From the NCBI GenBank assembly GCA_964016885.1, contig OZ024740.1, positions 363,320,001-363,384,000 of the forward strand: a DNA stretch of 64,000 nucleotides. The letters run 5' to 3'. Every line of letters begins with the position of its first letter. The stretch's first letter is position 1. Under the pieces are notes generated by a model. It had not been told where the DNA came from, ran no database searches, and saw nothing but the letters and a program-made list of their open reading frames with translations. Positions 36,810-49,200 of this stretch are shown piece by piece. The stretch comes from Eledone cirrhosa. Lineage: Eukaryota. The position numbers were made by a program, and so were the translations under genes.

Positions 36810-38980
36810 TTAATTCAAGTAAGGGCTAGGTGGAGCAAAATACAGAAGTCAGCATGGAGCAGAAAGACATGGAGGCTGAGAGAGCCCTCTGTAGATAACA
36901 AGTTTAGAGAAATCTTTCTTGACGTCTATGACAGTAAGGAAGAGGAGTTAGCAACATACAACATAGAGAAAAATTGGGAATTTCGACGGGACAACATGCT
37001 GGAAACCATGAGCCACATCTGCGGTTGGAGCAAAGTTCCATCAAGATGGAGGATGACATGGTGGTGGAATGACAAGGTAGATCAGACCATTAAAACAAAA
37101 AGACAAGCCTGGACAAAATAGAAGAACAGAGGAGATGGAAAGCAATACTAGATAGCTAAAAGGCAGGTTAGGCATCAAGTATATCTAGCAAAGGGAGAGC
37201 CAGAAAAGAAGTTTGCACATGTTCTGCATCAGGTGGATCAGAGGCGTGAAAAGTTCAGGATTGCAAGACAGTGTACTAGAGAGAATTGTGATGTTGGAGA
37301 AAAGAGTGTCTGAAATGATAATGGTACACTTGCCCTGTGTGATGCTAAAAATAAACAGGCATGGAACAATACTATGAGATGCTTATTGAGGAAAATGAAG
37401 GGGGCAATGAAGGTCTATCCCATGGAGACCCTACTGAGGGACCAGCCATGAAAGTTGACAACAGTATGATAGATAGAGCAATTAAGGACATGAAGGTAGG
37501 GAAAGCAGCTAGACCGTCCAGTATAGTCATTGAGATTCTAAAAGTATTTGGCATGGAGGACACAAACTAGTCAAATGTATAGTTAACCAAGTTGTACAGG
37601 GTGGTGACATACTCAACGACTTGTGCGGCAATGTCATTGTAAATTGCTACAAGGACAAAGGAGATGCACTACAGAGGCATCAAGTTGACAAACCAGACCA
37701 TGTAAGTAACTGAAAGAATTATAGCACAACAAATTAGGGAAAGAATCAAGTTAGATGAGATGCAGTTTGGATTTATGCCTGGTAGGCGTACTACCGATGC
37801 CCTCTTTCTGGTTGGACAACAACAGAAGTACTTAGCTAAGAGTAAACCACTGTATCTAGCATTTGTAGATCTGGAGAAGACCTTTGACAGGATCCCACAT
37901 TGTATAATCTGGTGGGCATTTAGAAATTAGGTATAGATGAAAGGCTTTTGAGAGCCATGCAGAATGAAAATTGGCAATGAGTACAATGACAAGTTTGATA
38001 TGCAGGTGGGGGTTCACCAGAGATCAGTCCTCAGTCAAATCCTGTTTATCATTGTCCTTCAGGCCATCACTGAGTAGTTTATAATTGGCACTCTATGGGA
38101 GCTCCAATATGCTGATGACCTAATCCTCATAGATTAATCTGTAAGAGAGTTAAAGGCAAAATTTCAAGCATAGTAGAAGAACGTAGAGTTGAAAGGTCTA
38201 AAAGTATATTTAGCGGCCAGGTTCATTATATCAGAAATGAGTGGGCAGAAATTCCATAAGATGGAATTTCTGCCCACTCCTTTCTGAAATGTAAACTAAG
38301 GATGCACAAGAGATGTGGGATTGCAGGTAGGCTAAACGTAAAGATAGACTTTACATGCAGATGTGCAGGGGGAATGAGGACAAAGAGCACATGTGAAATA
38401 AATTCCTTCAGCTGCCAGGGGAGCTTCCTAGTTGTTGACAGCTTGCACTATTTAGGGGATCAAATTAGCAATAGGAAAGGATGCGTTGAAAGTGTGATAT
38501 CAAGTATAAGAACAGGCTGGAAGAAGTTTAGAGATCTATCACCACTGCTTACAACAAAATGCTTTTCTATCACAGTGAAGGGTAGACTGTATGATGCCTG
38601 TATGCAAACTGCAATGTTACATGGCAGTGAAACATGACTCAAGAACACCTATGGAGGCTAGAAAGAAATGAGCTGAGTTGCTCTGATGGATGTGTAATGT
38701 TAGTGTGCATGAGCAGCATAGCATAAGCAAACTGAGGGAAAGACTTGGCATAAAAGGAATTGGATGTAGTGTAAAAGAGAGAAGACTGCATTGGTATGGA
38801 CATGTGATGCACATGAAAGATAGCAGCTGCATAAAGAAACCCAAGTGGCTGGGATCCATGGAAGAGGCGGACTCGGAAAGATATGGGATGAGGTTGTGAA
38901 GACCATCCTTAAAAAACTAGACCTCGCAACAGAAATGACTAAAGACTGCAGGGCTGGCGCTATGCTGTGCTGATGAAGAC
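36810..38980 (+). mobile_element. RTE-clade LINE, decayed RT region
   Basis: TWWWNDKV, QFGFMPGRRTTDALF, AFVDLEKTFDRIP, GVHQRSVLS, YADDL, Cys-rich MHKRC..FTCRC, AMLHGSET, RLHWYGHV. Confidence 0.88.
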
Positions 38981-39499
38981 TCAAACAACAGCATACAATG
39001 TAGCCTCACCTACCCCAATGTTCCCCCTTCCACTACCACTCCCTAATGTTTAATCTATACAATAAATTTATCCAGTACATGCAGTAAAGTGGTTGGTGAC
39101 AGGAAGAGCATACAGTGATAGCATGCTTGCTAAACAAAGGGTTGGGAGGACCCTCAGTAGTTTCAAACACATGACAACCTCTCCTGTGCACTTGATAAAA
39201 TGTGAGACAATACATGAGGGAGAACAGATCCCTGGCTTGTCTGGGAGATCAGTAGCCCATATCAGTACTGGCTTAGTTTATGCAGACCTGTCCAACCCTT
39301 TCTAACATGGAAAGCAGACGTTAAAATGATGATGATGATGATATATATATATATCATGTTTAATATAGAAATAGCTTCTAATCATGTAGAAGCCATTTCT
39401 ATATTAAACATGATGTTTACTCTCTACTAATGTATTATTGAGTACTTTACTAACTGTGGTTTCCCCTGATTGAACCCGGGACTCACATTGTAATGTGAT

Positions 39500-39845
39500 C
39501 GGGTAGGTGTCACAACAGCCCACACTGTAAAGTGGAAGTACAAAATACATGGCAAAAAGCACCCAGCACACACTGTAAATGTGGTTGGCATTAGGAAGGG
39601 CATCCAGCCATAGAAAACCAGCCCACACTGTAAAGTGGATGTGTGAAAGACATGGCAAAAAGCACCCACCACACACTGCCAATGTGGTTGGCATTAGGAA
39701 GGGCATCCAGCTGTAGGAAACCAGCCAGAAACCCTCCTATATGAGCGAGACACGGTCACCCAATCCAACATGCCTCAAAATGGGACAACCCTTTCTAACC
39801 CAAGCTAACAAGGAAGATAGACGTTAATCGATGATGATGATGATA
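39500..39845 (+). mobile_element. SINE/RTE 3' repeat with internally duplicated units and (GAT)n tail
   Basis: Repeated cacactgtaaa(g/t)g..ggttggcattaggaagggcatccagc units; similar structure at 63545-63880. Confidence 0.7.
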
Positions 39846-42241
39846 TATATATATATATACATATGTATATATAACTATGCCCAAATAAACATACGTGATT
39901 AACTCAGAAAAGAAAAAGGGAGAAAATATAGAATATGAGTACGAAACTGGAGAGAACAAGAAAAACTGAATGAAATAAGGATAATATATAATAAAGGATA
40001 ACATAAAAATAAACAAAAAATACAGAGATAAAAAAATAAAGTAAAACAAAGGAAGTAAAATGGTTGACCTTCACATTTGTCCTCAGTCAAGGAGACCTGG
40101 TCAATTACCCAAACTGACACATTCTTTTGTTTCTTTAATCTCCAGTACTCTCTTCTAATGGGACTAGATGGTATCATTTATATTTCAGTATTTTTGCTGC
40201 TATTATTGTTGCTATTGCTGCTGATGTTCTAGCTGCTTCTTTTGGTGGTTTTGTTTTTGTTTTATTTTCTATTTGTTTTGTTTTGTTTTTTGTTGTTTTT
40301 CTTCATTCAACTTAGCAGATTATTTAAGAGTTACTTGTGAAAAAACCAACTCTTAATATAGTAAAGTAACATTGGTGGTATACGTGCTGGGCTCTTCATC
40401 ACTGCCCACTAGGGTCCTTGGTGACCAAACACTGAATGACAATTATATTTTAGGTTAGAGGTCAGCTCTGAAAGCAATAAAGGATGAAGGGTAAATCAAC
40501 AGAAAAATGAGATTACATAATTGCCATTTTATGTAAGCACATACCGGAAAAAATAAATTAAAAATTGAGATTTACAGATCACACCTATGTAGGTTCAGCT
40601 AGCCTCCTAGGAGGTTGGCTCTCACATGACGTTTATTGGATGTTTTAATAAGTGCCCCAATCTTATCATAAAAGGCAATATGTAATCAAGTATCTTGCCT
40701 AAGAATACAACATGCCACCTGGTTCAGGAATTGAACCCATAACCTTAAAATTGTGAGTCCAACACCTAAACACAAGCCCACAACTACAGTATATTGTTTA
40801 TTTAATTAAACACCTACAAACACATTATTTACTGTTTTATATGATTACATACACTTTGTAACTCCTAAAATATTCAGTTAAAGCTCATAAAATGGTAGAA
40901 AATACTGGAAAATGCTGGACATGAAAAATCTTTAGTGCATTAAGACTAGAACCTGATTAACCCTTTTATTATCAAACCATCTGATAAACCCCTGGTTCTA
41001 GAGTACATAAATTTATTTTTAAATATTTATAATTATCTAAAGATCTACCATCATAATTTTATGTTTTAAGTTATATTGCAAACACCAGCTTAATAAAGAG
41101 AAAGTTAGTTATATTTCTAAATCTTTCCACATTCTTGATTATTTCAAAAATCAGGGTCAGTGTCATTCACTAGAAATATGGTAATGAAAAGCTTAAAGTG
41201 TATGTATTTATCTAAAAACTATCCATTATCATTCTATATAATAATTGTTATGTTCTAAACACCAACTTAAACGTGAAAAATTTAATTTTAATTCTAAATC
41301 CCTCCAAATTCTTGATTATATTAATTTTTTTTTTTTGGGGGGGGGGGGGGGGTCATAGGCTGTGTCTTTCAATAGAAATATGGTAACAAAATGGTTAATT
41401 GCCATTTCTAGTCTTAGTCCCTGTATTGACACATTCCTCAAAATGTTTCTATATTCTGCATCAGAAGCACAAGCTTTTTGTGAATAATCCAGAAAACTGT
41501 CTGAACCAAAAATTATGGAGCGAAATACAATAAAATATTTCAAATGAGGGAGAACATCTAAAATATTGGAATTTTTAGCAAAATTCCTGAAGGTTGACAA
41601 CACTATCATTATAGCTTTCTCAGTTACATTACTCAATTGTGCAGCAAGAAAAGATTCTGGAACCATGGCATTAGAGTGATTTGCTGTTGCATTCCTTAGA
41701 TCACTACAAGAATTTGAACCCCAAACTACAAGCTAACAAGAACTAACATGAAGCTGAATTGTTTATAGCTAGTTTGAATTGAACCAACAAATGTTACGTG
41801 ACTTAACTATCGTAATCACACAATAGCAGCCAGGAAATATAAACAGTTGATCTTTCAGCTTTTAGTTTCACACTATACTGACCTATCTAAATATACATAC
41901 GTCATTTAGAAATTGGAACTGTCTTAAAAACTTAATAAAATCCTTTCAAACAACACCCATCAGATGACTATTTCTGCTATTACTACTTTTTTTTTATTTT
42001 AATTGAATGACGTATTAGGAAACACAAAAATTACATGAGGAGGTGCTAACCAGCTGAAATATAACAGCACACAATTCTGAATTGTGTGGTGTTAACAGAA
42101 TCACATCCTCTTTAAAAGGAAGGTGACAACCAATACCTGCAATTTGTTTACTTGAGATTTATGCCTTCTATTTCACTTTCTTAAAATTATTGTTTTTCTT
42201 ATATTGTGTAAGATGTTGCATTTATGAAAAAAAAAGAAGTT

Positions 42242-42476
42242 TAACCCTTTAGTATTTGCATTACTTTATATTTACTATTGTATTTTTGTGGTAAAAGCTT
42301 TATCTCACATAATATCGAATCTATGAGATTTTGATATTATTTAATTTGAGAACAATACCTTAACATTGGTGTGAGTGGTCAGTTACAGCTGGTTTCAACA
42401 AGGTGAGAGAATTCTGGTTTCAAAGAGGTGAGCGAATTCTGGTTGGATACAGCCAGTTTAAATGATAAAGGATTAA
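42242..42476. mobile_element. piggyBac-like MITE
   Basis: TTAA|CCCTTTTAGTATTT ... AAATGATAAAGGA|TTAA. Related TTAA-CCCTT remnants at ~40958-41399 and ~61595-61816. Confidence 0.55.
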
Positions 42477-43795
42477 ACTAAAAATTAGTAAAAAGTATCT
42501 CTTGTTTTGTGTAAATCTAGTAAATATTTTGGAATGCAGTAAATTCTTAAACAAGTTTTTCTGATCCAGCTTCAATTTCCAATATAATTAATTTTGTTTG
42601 ACGTATATAGAAAATATTCTTTAGAATGGACCCTCCACTGGTTCTGATAATCAGTATTCCAATATTTCGATGAATGAGACAGCCTGTTCATAAGATTAGT
42701 AAGTGGCTGAGCATTCCACAGCACATGCACCCTTAACATAATTCTCAGGGAGATTCAGCATGACAAGACTTTCACTTTGAATTACAGACCATGACAAATT
42801 TCTAAGCAGTTTCCATCAATACAATTTCATTCACAAGGCTTGGATTGATCCAAAGTTATTATAAATGACACTTACCCAAGATACCACACAATGAGATCAA
42901 ACCTTGGACCTACTGATTGCAAAGTAAACTTCTTGACAATTTGACTATGCTTTGAAAGGTAAAGACGTTATCAGGGGCAGTTTAAGCATGCATTGAGCCC
43001 CTGGTGGAAAATTTCACCGAGGCCATTGCATATCATTTAGGGTAGCAAAAAAAAAAAGGAATTTGGAGTCCTTTAAATATTGTGGAGCACCTGGTTACAG
43101 CACAATCAATGCTGCTCCTTAATCTGCCACTAGATGACAGGGAATATGGATAATCAATCATCAATAATCACTAATTGATGAATAGACAAATAATCCAATG
43201 TCTTTATCACCATCATCTTGCAGACCAAGACTGAACACGAAACCACATGGTTGTGAAGCAAGCTCCTTAACCACAGTCATGCTTGCAACAATATGTGATA
43301 AAAGAACAGCACATTGTAATATTTTGTATAAAAATCAGTACCATCTGATGTAGTAGTTTATATGAGAAAAGTAAAAGAATATGAAAGTGATGAAATTTAC
43401 ATATGAAACCTATGCAGGTTTAGCTAGCTTCCTACGAGATTGTATGGTATAAGAGATATATTGGATGTTTTAACAATAGGAGGCCCAGATCTAGCATTTT
43501 GTTGTTACAGCTTACACCTATGTAGGTTTACCTGGCCTCCTGCAAGTGTGTATCTCTAATGAGGTTTCTAGAGTATTTTGATAATAGGAGTTCCTGTCCT
43601 ATCATAAAAATGAATCAGAAATGAAGTGTCTCAACAACACAATGTGCCACCAGGCCAAGGAATCCAATCTATGACCATATAATGTTGAGACTAACACCCT
43701 AACCACTAGACCATGCACCTTAAGAGAAAAACAAAAGGAATCAGAGAAAACAAACATTTTGTTAAATATAAAATAGTTTAATTCTCGATGTTTCT

Positions 43796-44085
43796 TCAGC
43801 GTAGTTTGGAGATTTTCAAAGGAATAAAATCGTTTGAATCTGAATTTTCCTCCCCCTCATCCTCATTGTCATCATCAATAATTATTGGTCGTTTGTTGTG
43901 TGTTTTTCTGCGAAAAGAATTTTTAGAATCAATGTCAGGTATTGGAAGCGAGGATGTTTCACTGTTGGTCTTAATCTCAGATTGTGAAGATGGTACCGTT
44001 GACATTAACTTGTTGCTATCATCTGACACCACCCGGAATTCTAGGCACACTTCATGGCTGGCAGTAATGAAGATAGCTTTAGGAC
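43796..44085 (-). CDS. RECQL: RecQ-like helicase 1, terminal coding exon
   Basis: Acceptor ttcttgaatgcag|GTCCTAAAGCT gives G-P-K-A, continuing the RQC domain as in human RECQL (..YLKIGPKA..), then an acidic/basic tail to TGA. Confidence 0.8.
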
Positions 44086-44606
44086 CTGCATTCAAGAACA
44101 GAAAACAGTATTCTATATAATATTCTTGCATTTAGACAACAGATGAGAAGTAAATAACATCATTAGAATTAACTCTTAACATCCTGTACCACATGGAACT
44201 GCATTAACAAGACAGTCTTGAAAAGTACAAAACAACACTATGACTACATCACATTGAAGTCTTTAGTTTACTGCAAATGTTCCTGTTTGTTCACTAATAA
44301 AGATACAATAAGCATTTGAATTAACATACACACAAAAGCATATTAGTAAGACATTCTCTAAAAGTACAAAATGACACTATGTTTGCATCACATTTACAGC
44401 AAATTTCCCCAACAATCTGTTCAATATTAAAGATACTACAGACATTTGAATTAACATAACCGTTTTAGATATTTTTAGTTAAATCTCTATCAGAATCAGT
44501 ATTGTCTTACACTCTCTCATGCACCCCACTCATATTATTTCGCCCTCAAAAAATAACAACTTGACCAGTGTCAGATAGATTTTAAGAATAAGTTAAGATA
44601 TTCCAA

Positions 44607-44900
44607 TCATCATCATCATCATCATCATTTCATTTTACGTCCGCTTTACCCTGCTTGCAAGGGTGGGACGGGAACTGATTCTGGCTTGATTTCTACAGCT
44701 GGATGCCCTTCCTAACACCAACCTCATTTACAGTGAGTGCTGGGTGCTTTTTTTGCCGTGGCACCTCCACGACCACTTTGCAGTGGAATGATATGGACCC
44801 CAGTCCCTATCATCTCATTTCTACAGCTGAGTAAACTGGAGCAATGTGAAATAAAGTGTCTTGCTCAAGGAAACAACACATCACCCGGTCGCTCAAGGAA
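44607..44900 (-). mobile_element. SINE copies (RTE-tailed, plus a tRNA-SINE core)
   Basis: Inverse of 35795-35942, followed by aagtgtcttgctcaagga(a)acaac, a core also seen degenerate at ~40690, ~42870 and ~43625. Confidence 0.65.
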
Positions 44901-45602
44901 ACAATATTATATTATATTTAAATTCATAAATGTTTTCAGCTCTGCCTTTAAAAATGTTAAATTCCATTACCCTACTGTAATGTAGTTGATGAAAAGAGAG
45001 ACAAGTTAGATTCATATGACATAGGGGCAATTGGAAAATTTATTCTGAACAAGGAAAAAGAAAGTGGAAGGGAGCTGATTGTCAGATCAGATTAATCCTT
45101 TAGTGTTCAAACCAGCCAAAATTATTTCCCCTTTATTTGTTCAAACTGGCCAATTCTGATTGCAGACACCCAGACTAAGATATTCTAAAAATAAACAATA
45201 ATGTCATCAAAATCTCATTGATTTTAGATTAATGCACGATAAGGGCTTTACTGCAAAAAATAACACATAATACAGTGAAATAATTTGAAACAACACTTAT
45301 TTTTTTTGACATTGGAAGTATAACTGATTTTTTGTGTGTATCAACATGGCTTATGAAAGTAGCGATACCGACTTTGAAGGTTTTACACACGATAACATTC
45401 AAAATGAAAGAAAACATCAGTGATTTATCTTCAAATGAATCAGATTTATATATCTTTGAATTTTCATGTACTCTTACACAATATACTGTGTAGATTTACA
45501 TTACAGAATGTGTCCAATATATAAGTTCATTAACAGGTGTGATGTAGGTGTAAGACATTATTATACCGCAGATGTACATATTTATGAGGGCAAGATCCTC
45601 TG

Positions 45603-46270
45603 CTAGGAGCACCAAAGAAAAAAACAGTCAAAATATATGTCTGAGATAAAGTGGAAGGGTTCAGTCAGAAACCACACAACATCATGTCCCAATCCATTTT
45701 TTTTCTCTCTGTTATATTTTTTCTCCATGTAAATATCAAAGTTAGCACAGTTGCCTGTGTCTGATTCCCACACCTTGATGCCCCATTTGGTGGGCTTAGC
45801 TGGCATATACTGTCTAAAATGTACCCTACCCTTATACCCAATCATTGCTTCATCAACACTGAGATTTTTTCCAGGTATATATACAGTTTGAAATTTTTCA
45901 GATAATACAATTAATGGTTTGACTTTATAGAGAGGATCGTAATTCGATTCATTTCTACTGGGAGCATTTGAAGTATCGACCAGGTGCAATTACTGATTTA
46001 ATTTCAAATGCCTTGTTTTCAGCATAATACTTGATATATAAGGGTCACTAAACCTTATATCAGTGCTCCAGTAGTTCCAGTCTTGGAAATTGTTTTATTT
46101 TATTGATTGAAAAAAATGCTTGAATCTCCACAGTGTCTGCCAGTTGCCATAGCAGATCGGCTTTTCCCTGATTTGAAATTTCTTTTTGAGCATATCGATT
46201 TATCTCTTTTGCCACAACTTCAAAGAAAGTCTGTGGCAAAAAACAAAAGAAAATAATCCAGTGCTTTAGC
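45603..46270 (-). pseudogene. piggyBac transposase fragment (core up to the second catalytic Asp)
   Basis: ORF 45603-45989 plus upstream frames; frameshifted and truncated. Confidence 0.88.
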
Positions 46271-49200
46271 ACCAGGAGGTAATGTGTGTTGTGGACCAGT
46301 ATTGGGAGATAATGTGTGTTGTGGATCAGTATTGGGAGGTAATGTGTGTTGTGGACCAGCATCAGGAGGTAATGTGTGTTGTGGAACAGTATTGGGAGGG
46401 AATGTGTGTTGTGGACCAGTATTGGGAGGTAATGTGTGTAGTGGACCAGTATTGGGAGGTAATGTGTGTTATGGACCAGTATTGGGAGGTAATGTGTGTT
46501 GTGGACCAGTATTGGGAGGTAATGTGTGTTATGGACCAGTATTGGGAGGTAATGTGTGTTGTGGACCAGTATTGGTAGGTAATGTGTGTTGTGGACCAGT
46601 ATTGGGAGGTAATGTGTGTTGTGGACCAGTATTGGGAGGTAATGTGTGATGTGGACCAGCATCGGGAGGTAATGTGTGTTGTGGACCAGTATTGGGAGGG
46701 AATGTCTGTTATGGACCAGTATTGGGAGGTAATGTGTGTTGTGGACCAGCATCAGGAGGGAATGTGTGTTGTGGACCAGCATCAGGAGGTAATGTGTGTT
46801 GTGGACCAGTATTGGGAGGTAATGTGTGTTGTGGACCAGCATCAGGAGGTAATGTGTGTTGTGGACCAGTATTGGGAGGTAATGTGTGTTGTGGACCATT
46901 ATTGGGAGGTAATGTGTATTGTGCACCAGTATTGGGAGGTAATGTGTGTTGTGGACCAGTATTGGGAGGTAATGTGTGTTGTGGACCAGTATTGGGAGGT
47001 AATGTGTATTGTGGACCAGCATTGGGAGGTAATGTGTGTTGTGGACCAGCATCAGGAGGTAATGTGTGTTGTGGACCAGTATTGGGAGGGAATGTGTATT
47101 GTGGACCAGCATTGGGAGGGAATGTGTGTTGTGGACCAGTATTGGGAGGTAATGTGTGTTGTGGACCAGTATTGGGAGGTAATGTGTGTTGTGGACCAGT
47201 ATTGGGAGGTAATATGTGTTGTGGACCAGTATTGGGAGGTAATGTGTGTTGTGGACCAGTATTGGGAGGTAATGTGTGTTGTGGACCAGCATCAGGAGGT
47301 AATGTGTGTTGTGGACCAGCATCAGGAGGTAATGTGTGTTGTGGACCAGCATCAGGAGGTAATGTGTGTTGTGGACCAGTATTGGGAGGTAATGTGTGTT
47401 GTGGACGAGTATTGGGAGGTAATGTGTGTTGTGGACCAGTATTGGGAGGTAATGTGTGTTGTGGACCAGTATTGGGAGGTAATGTGTGTTGTGGACCAGC
47501 ATCAAGAGGTAATATGTGTTGTGGACCAGTATTGGGAGGTAATGTGTGTTGTGGACCAGTATTGGGAGGTAATGTGTGTTGTGGACCAGCATTGGCAGGT
47601 AATGTGTGTTGTGGACCAGTATTGGGAGGTTATGTGTGTTGTGGACCATTATTGGGAGGTAATGTGTATTGTGGACCAGCATTGGCAGGTAATGTGTGTT
47701 GTGGACCAGTATTGGGAGGTTATGTGTGTTGTGGACCAGCATTGGCAGGTAATGTGTGTTGTGGACCAGTATTGGGAGGTTATGTGTGTTGTGGACCAGT
47801 ATTGGGAGGTAATGTGTGTTGGGGACCAGTATTGGGAGGCTATGTGTGTTGTGGACCAGTATTGGGAGGGAATGTGTGTTGTGGACCAGTATCGGGAGGT
47901 AATGTGTATTGTGGACCAGTATTGGGAGGTAATGTGTGTTGTGGACCAGTATTGGGAGGTAATGTGTGTTGTGGACCAGCATCAGGAGGTAATGTGTGTT
48001 GTGGACCAGCATCAGGAGGTAATGTGTGTTGTGGACCAGCATCAGGAGGTAATGTGTGTTGTGGGCCAGTATTGGGAGGTAATGTGTGTTGTGGACGAGT
48101 ATTGGGAGGTAATGTGTGTTGTGGACCAGTATTGGGAGGTAATGTGTGTTGTGGACCAGTATTGGGAGGTAATGTGTGTTGTGGACCAGCATCAAGAGGT
48201 AATATGTGTTGTGGACCAGTATTGGGAGGTAATGTGTGTTGTGGACCAGTATTGGGAGGTAATGTGTGTTGTGGACCAGCATTGGCAGGTAATGTGTGTT
48301 GTGGACCAGTATTGGGAGGTTATGTGTGTTGTGGACCATTATTGGGAGGTAATGTGTATTGTGGACCAGCATTGGCAGGTAATGTGTGTTGTGGACCAGT
48401 ATTGGGAGGTTATGTGTGTTGTGGACCAGCATTGGCAGGTAATGTGTGTTGTGGACCAGTATTGGGAGGTTATGTGTGTTGTGGACCAGTATTGGGAGGT
48501 AATGTGTGTTGGGGACCAGTATTGGGAGGCTATGTGTGTTGTGGACCAGTATTGGGAGGGAATGTGTGTTGTGGACCAGTATCGGGAGGTAATGTGTATT
48601 GTGGACCAGTATTGGGAGGTAATGTGTGTTGCGGACCAGTATTGGGAGGTAATGTGTGTTGTGGACCAGCATCAGGAGGTAATGTGTGTTGTGGACCAGT
48701 ATTGGGAGGTAATGTGTGTTGTGAACCAGTATTGGGAGGTAATGTGTGTTGTGGACCAGCATTGGGAGGGAATGTGTGTTGTGGACCAGTATTGGGAGGT
48801 AATGTGTATTGTGGACCAGCATTGGGAGGTAATGTGTGTTGTGGACCAGCATCAGGAGGTAATGTGTTGTGGACCAGTATTGGGAGGGAATGTGTGTTGT
48901 GGACCAGCATCAGGAGGTAATGTGTGTTGTGGACCAGTATTGGGAGGTAATGTGTGTTGTGGACCATTATTGGGAGGTAATGTGTATTGTGGACCAGCAT
49001 CAGGAGCTAATGTGTGTTGTGGACCAGTATTGGGAGGGAATGTGTGTTGTGGACCAGTATTGGGAGGTAATGTGTGTTGTGGACCAGCATCAGGAGGTAA
49101 TGTGTGTTGTGGACCAGTATTGGGAGGGAATGTGTGTTGTGGACCAGTATTGGGAGGTAATGTGTGTTGTGGACCAGTATTGGGAGGTAATGTGTGTTGT

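Noticed and set aside
42972-43132. hAT-type MITE (caggggcagtttaag / cttaatctgccacta)
   Set aside because: Imperfect TIR and no clear 8-bp TSD, so it was not called.
44200-44460. ~140-bp diverged tandem duplication near the RECQL terminal exon acceptor
   Set aside because: Appears real, but there is no sign of function; ordinary intronic duplication.
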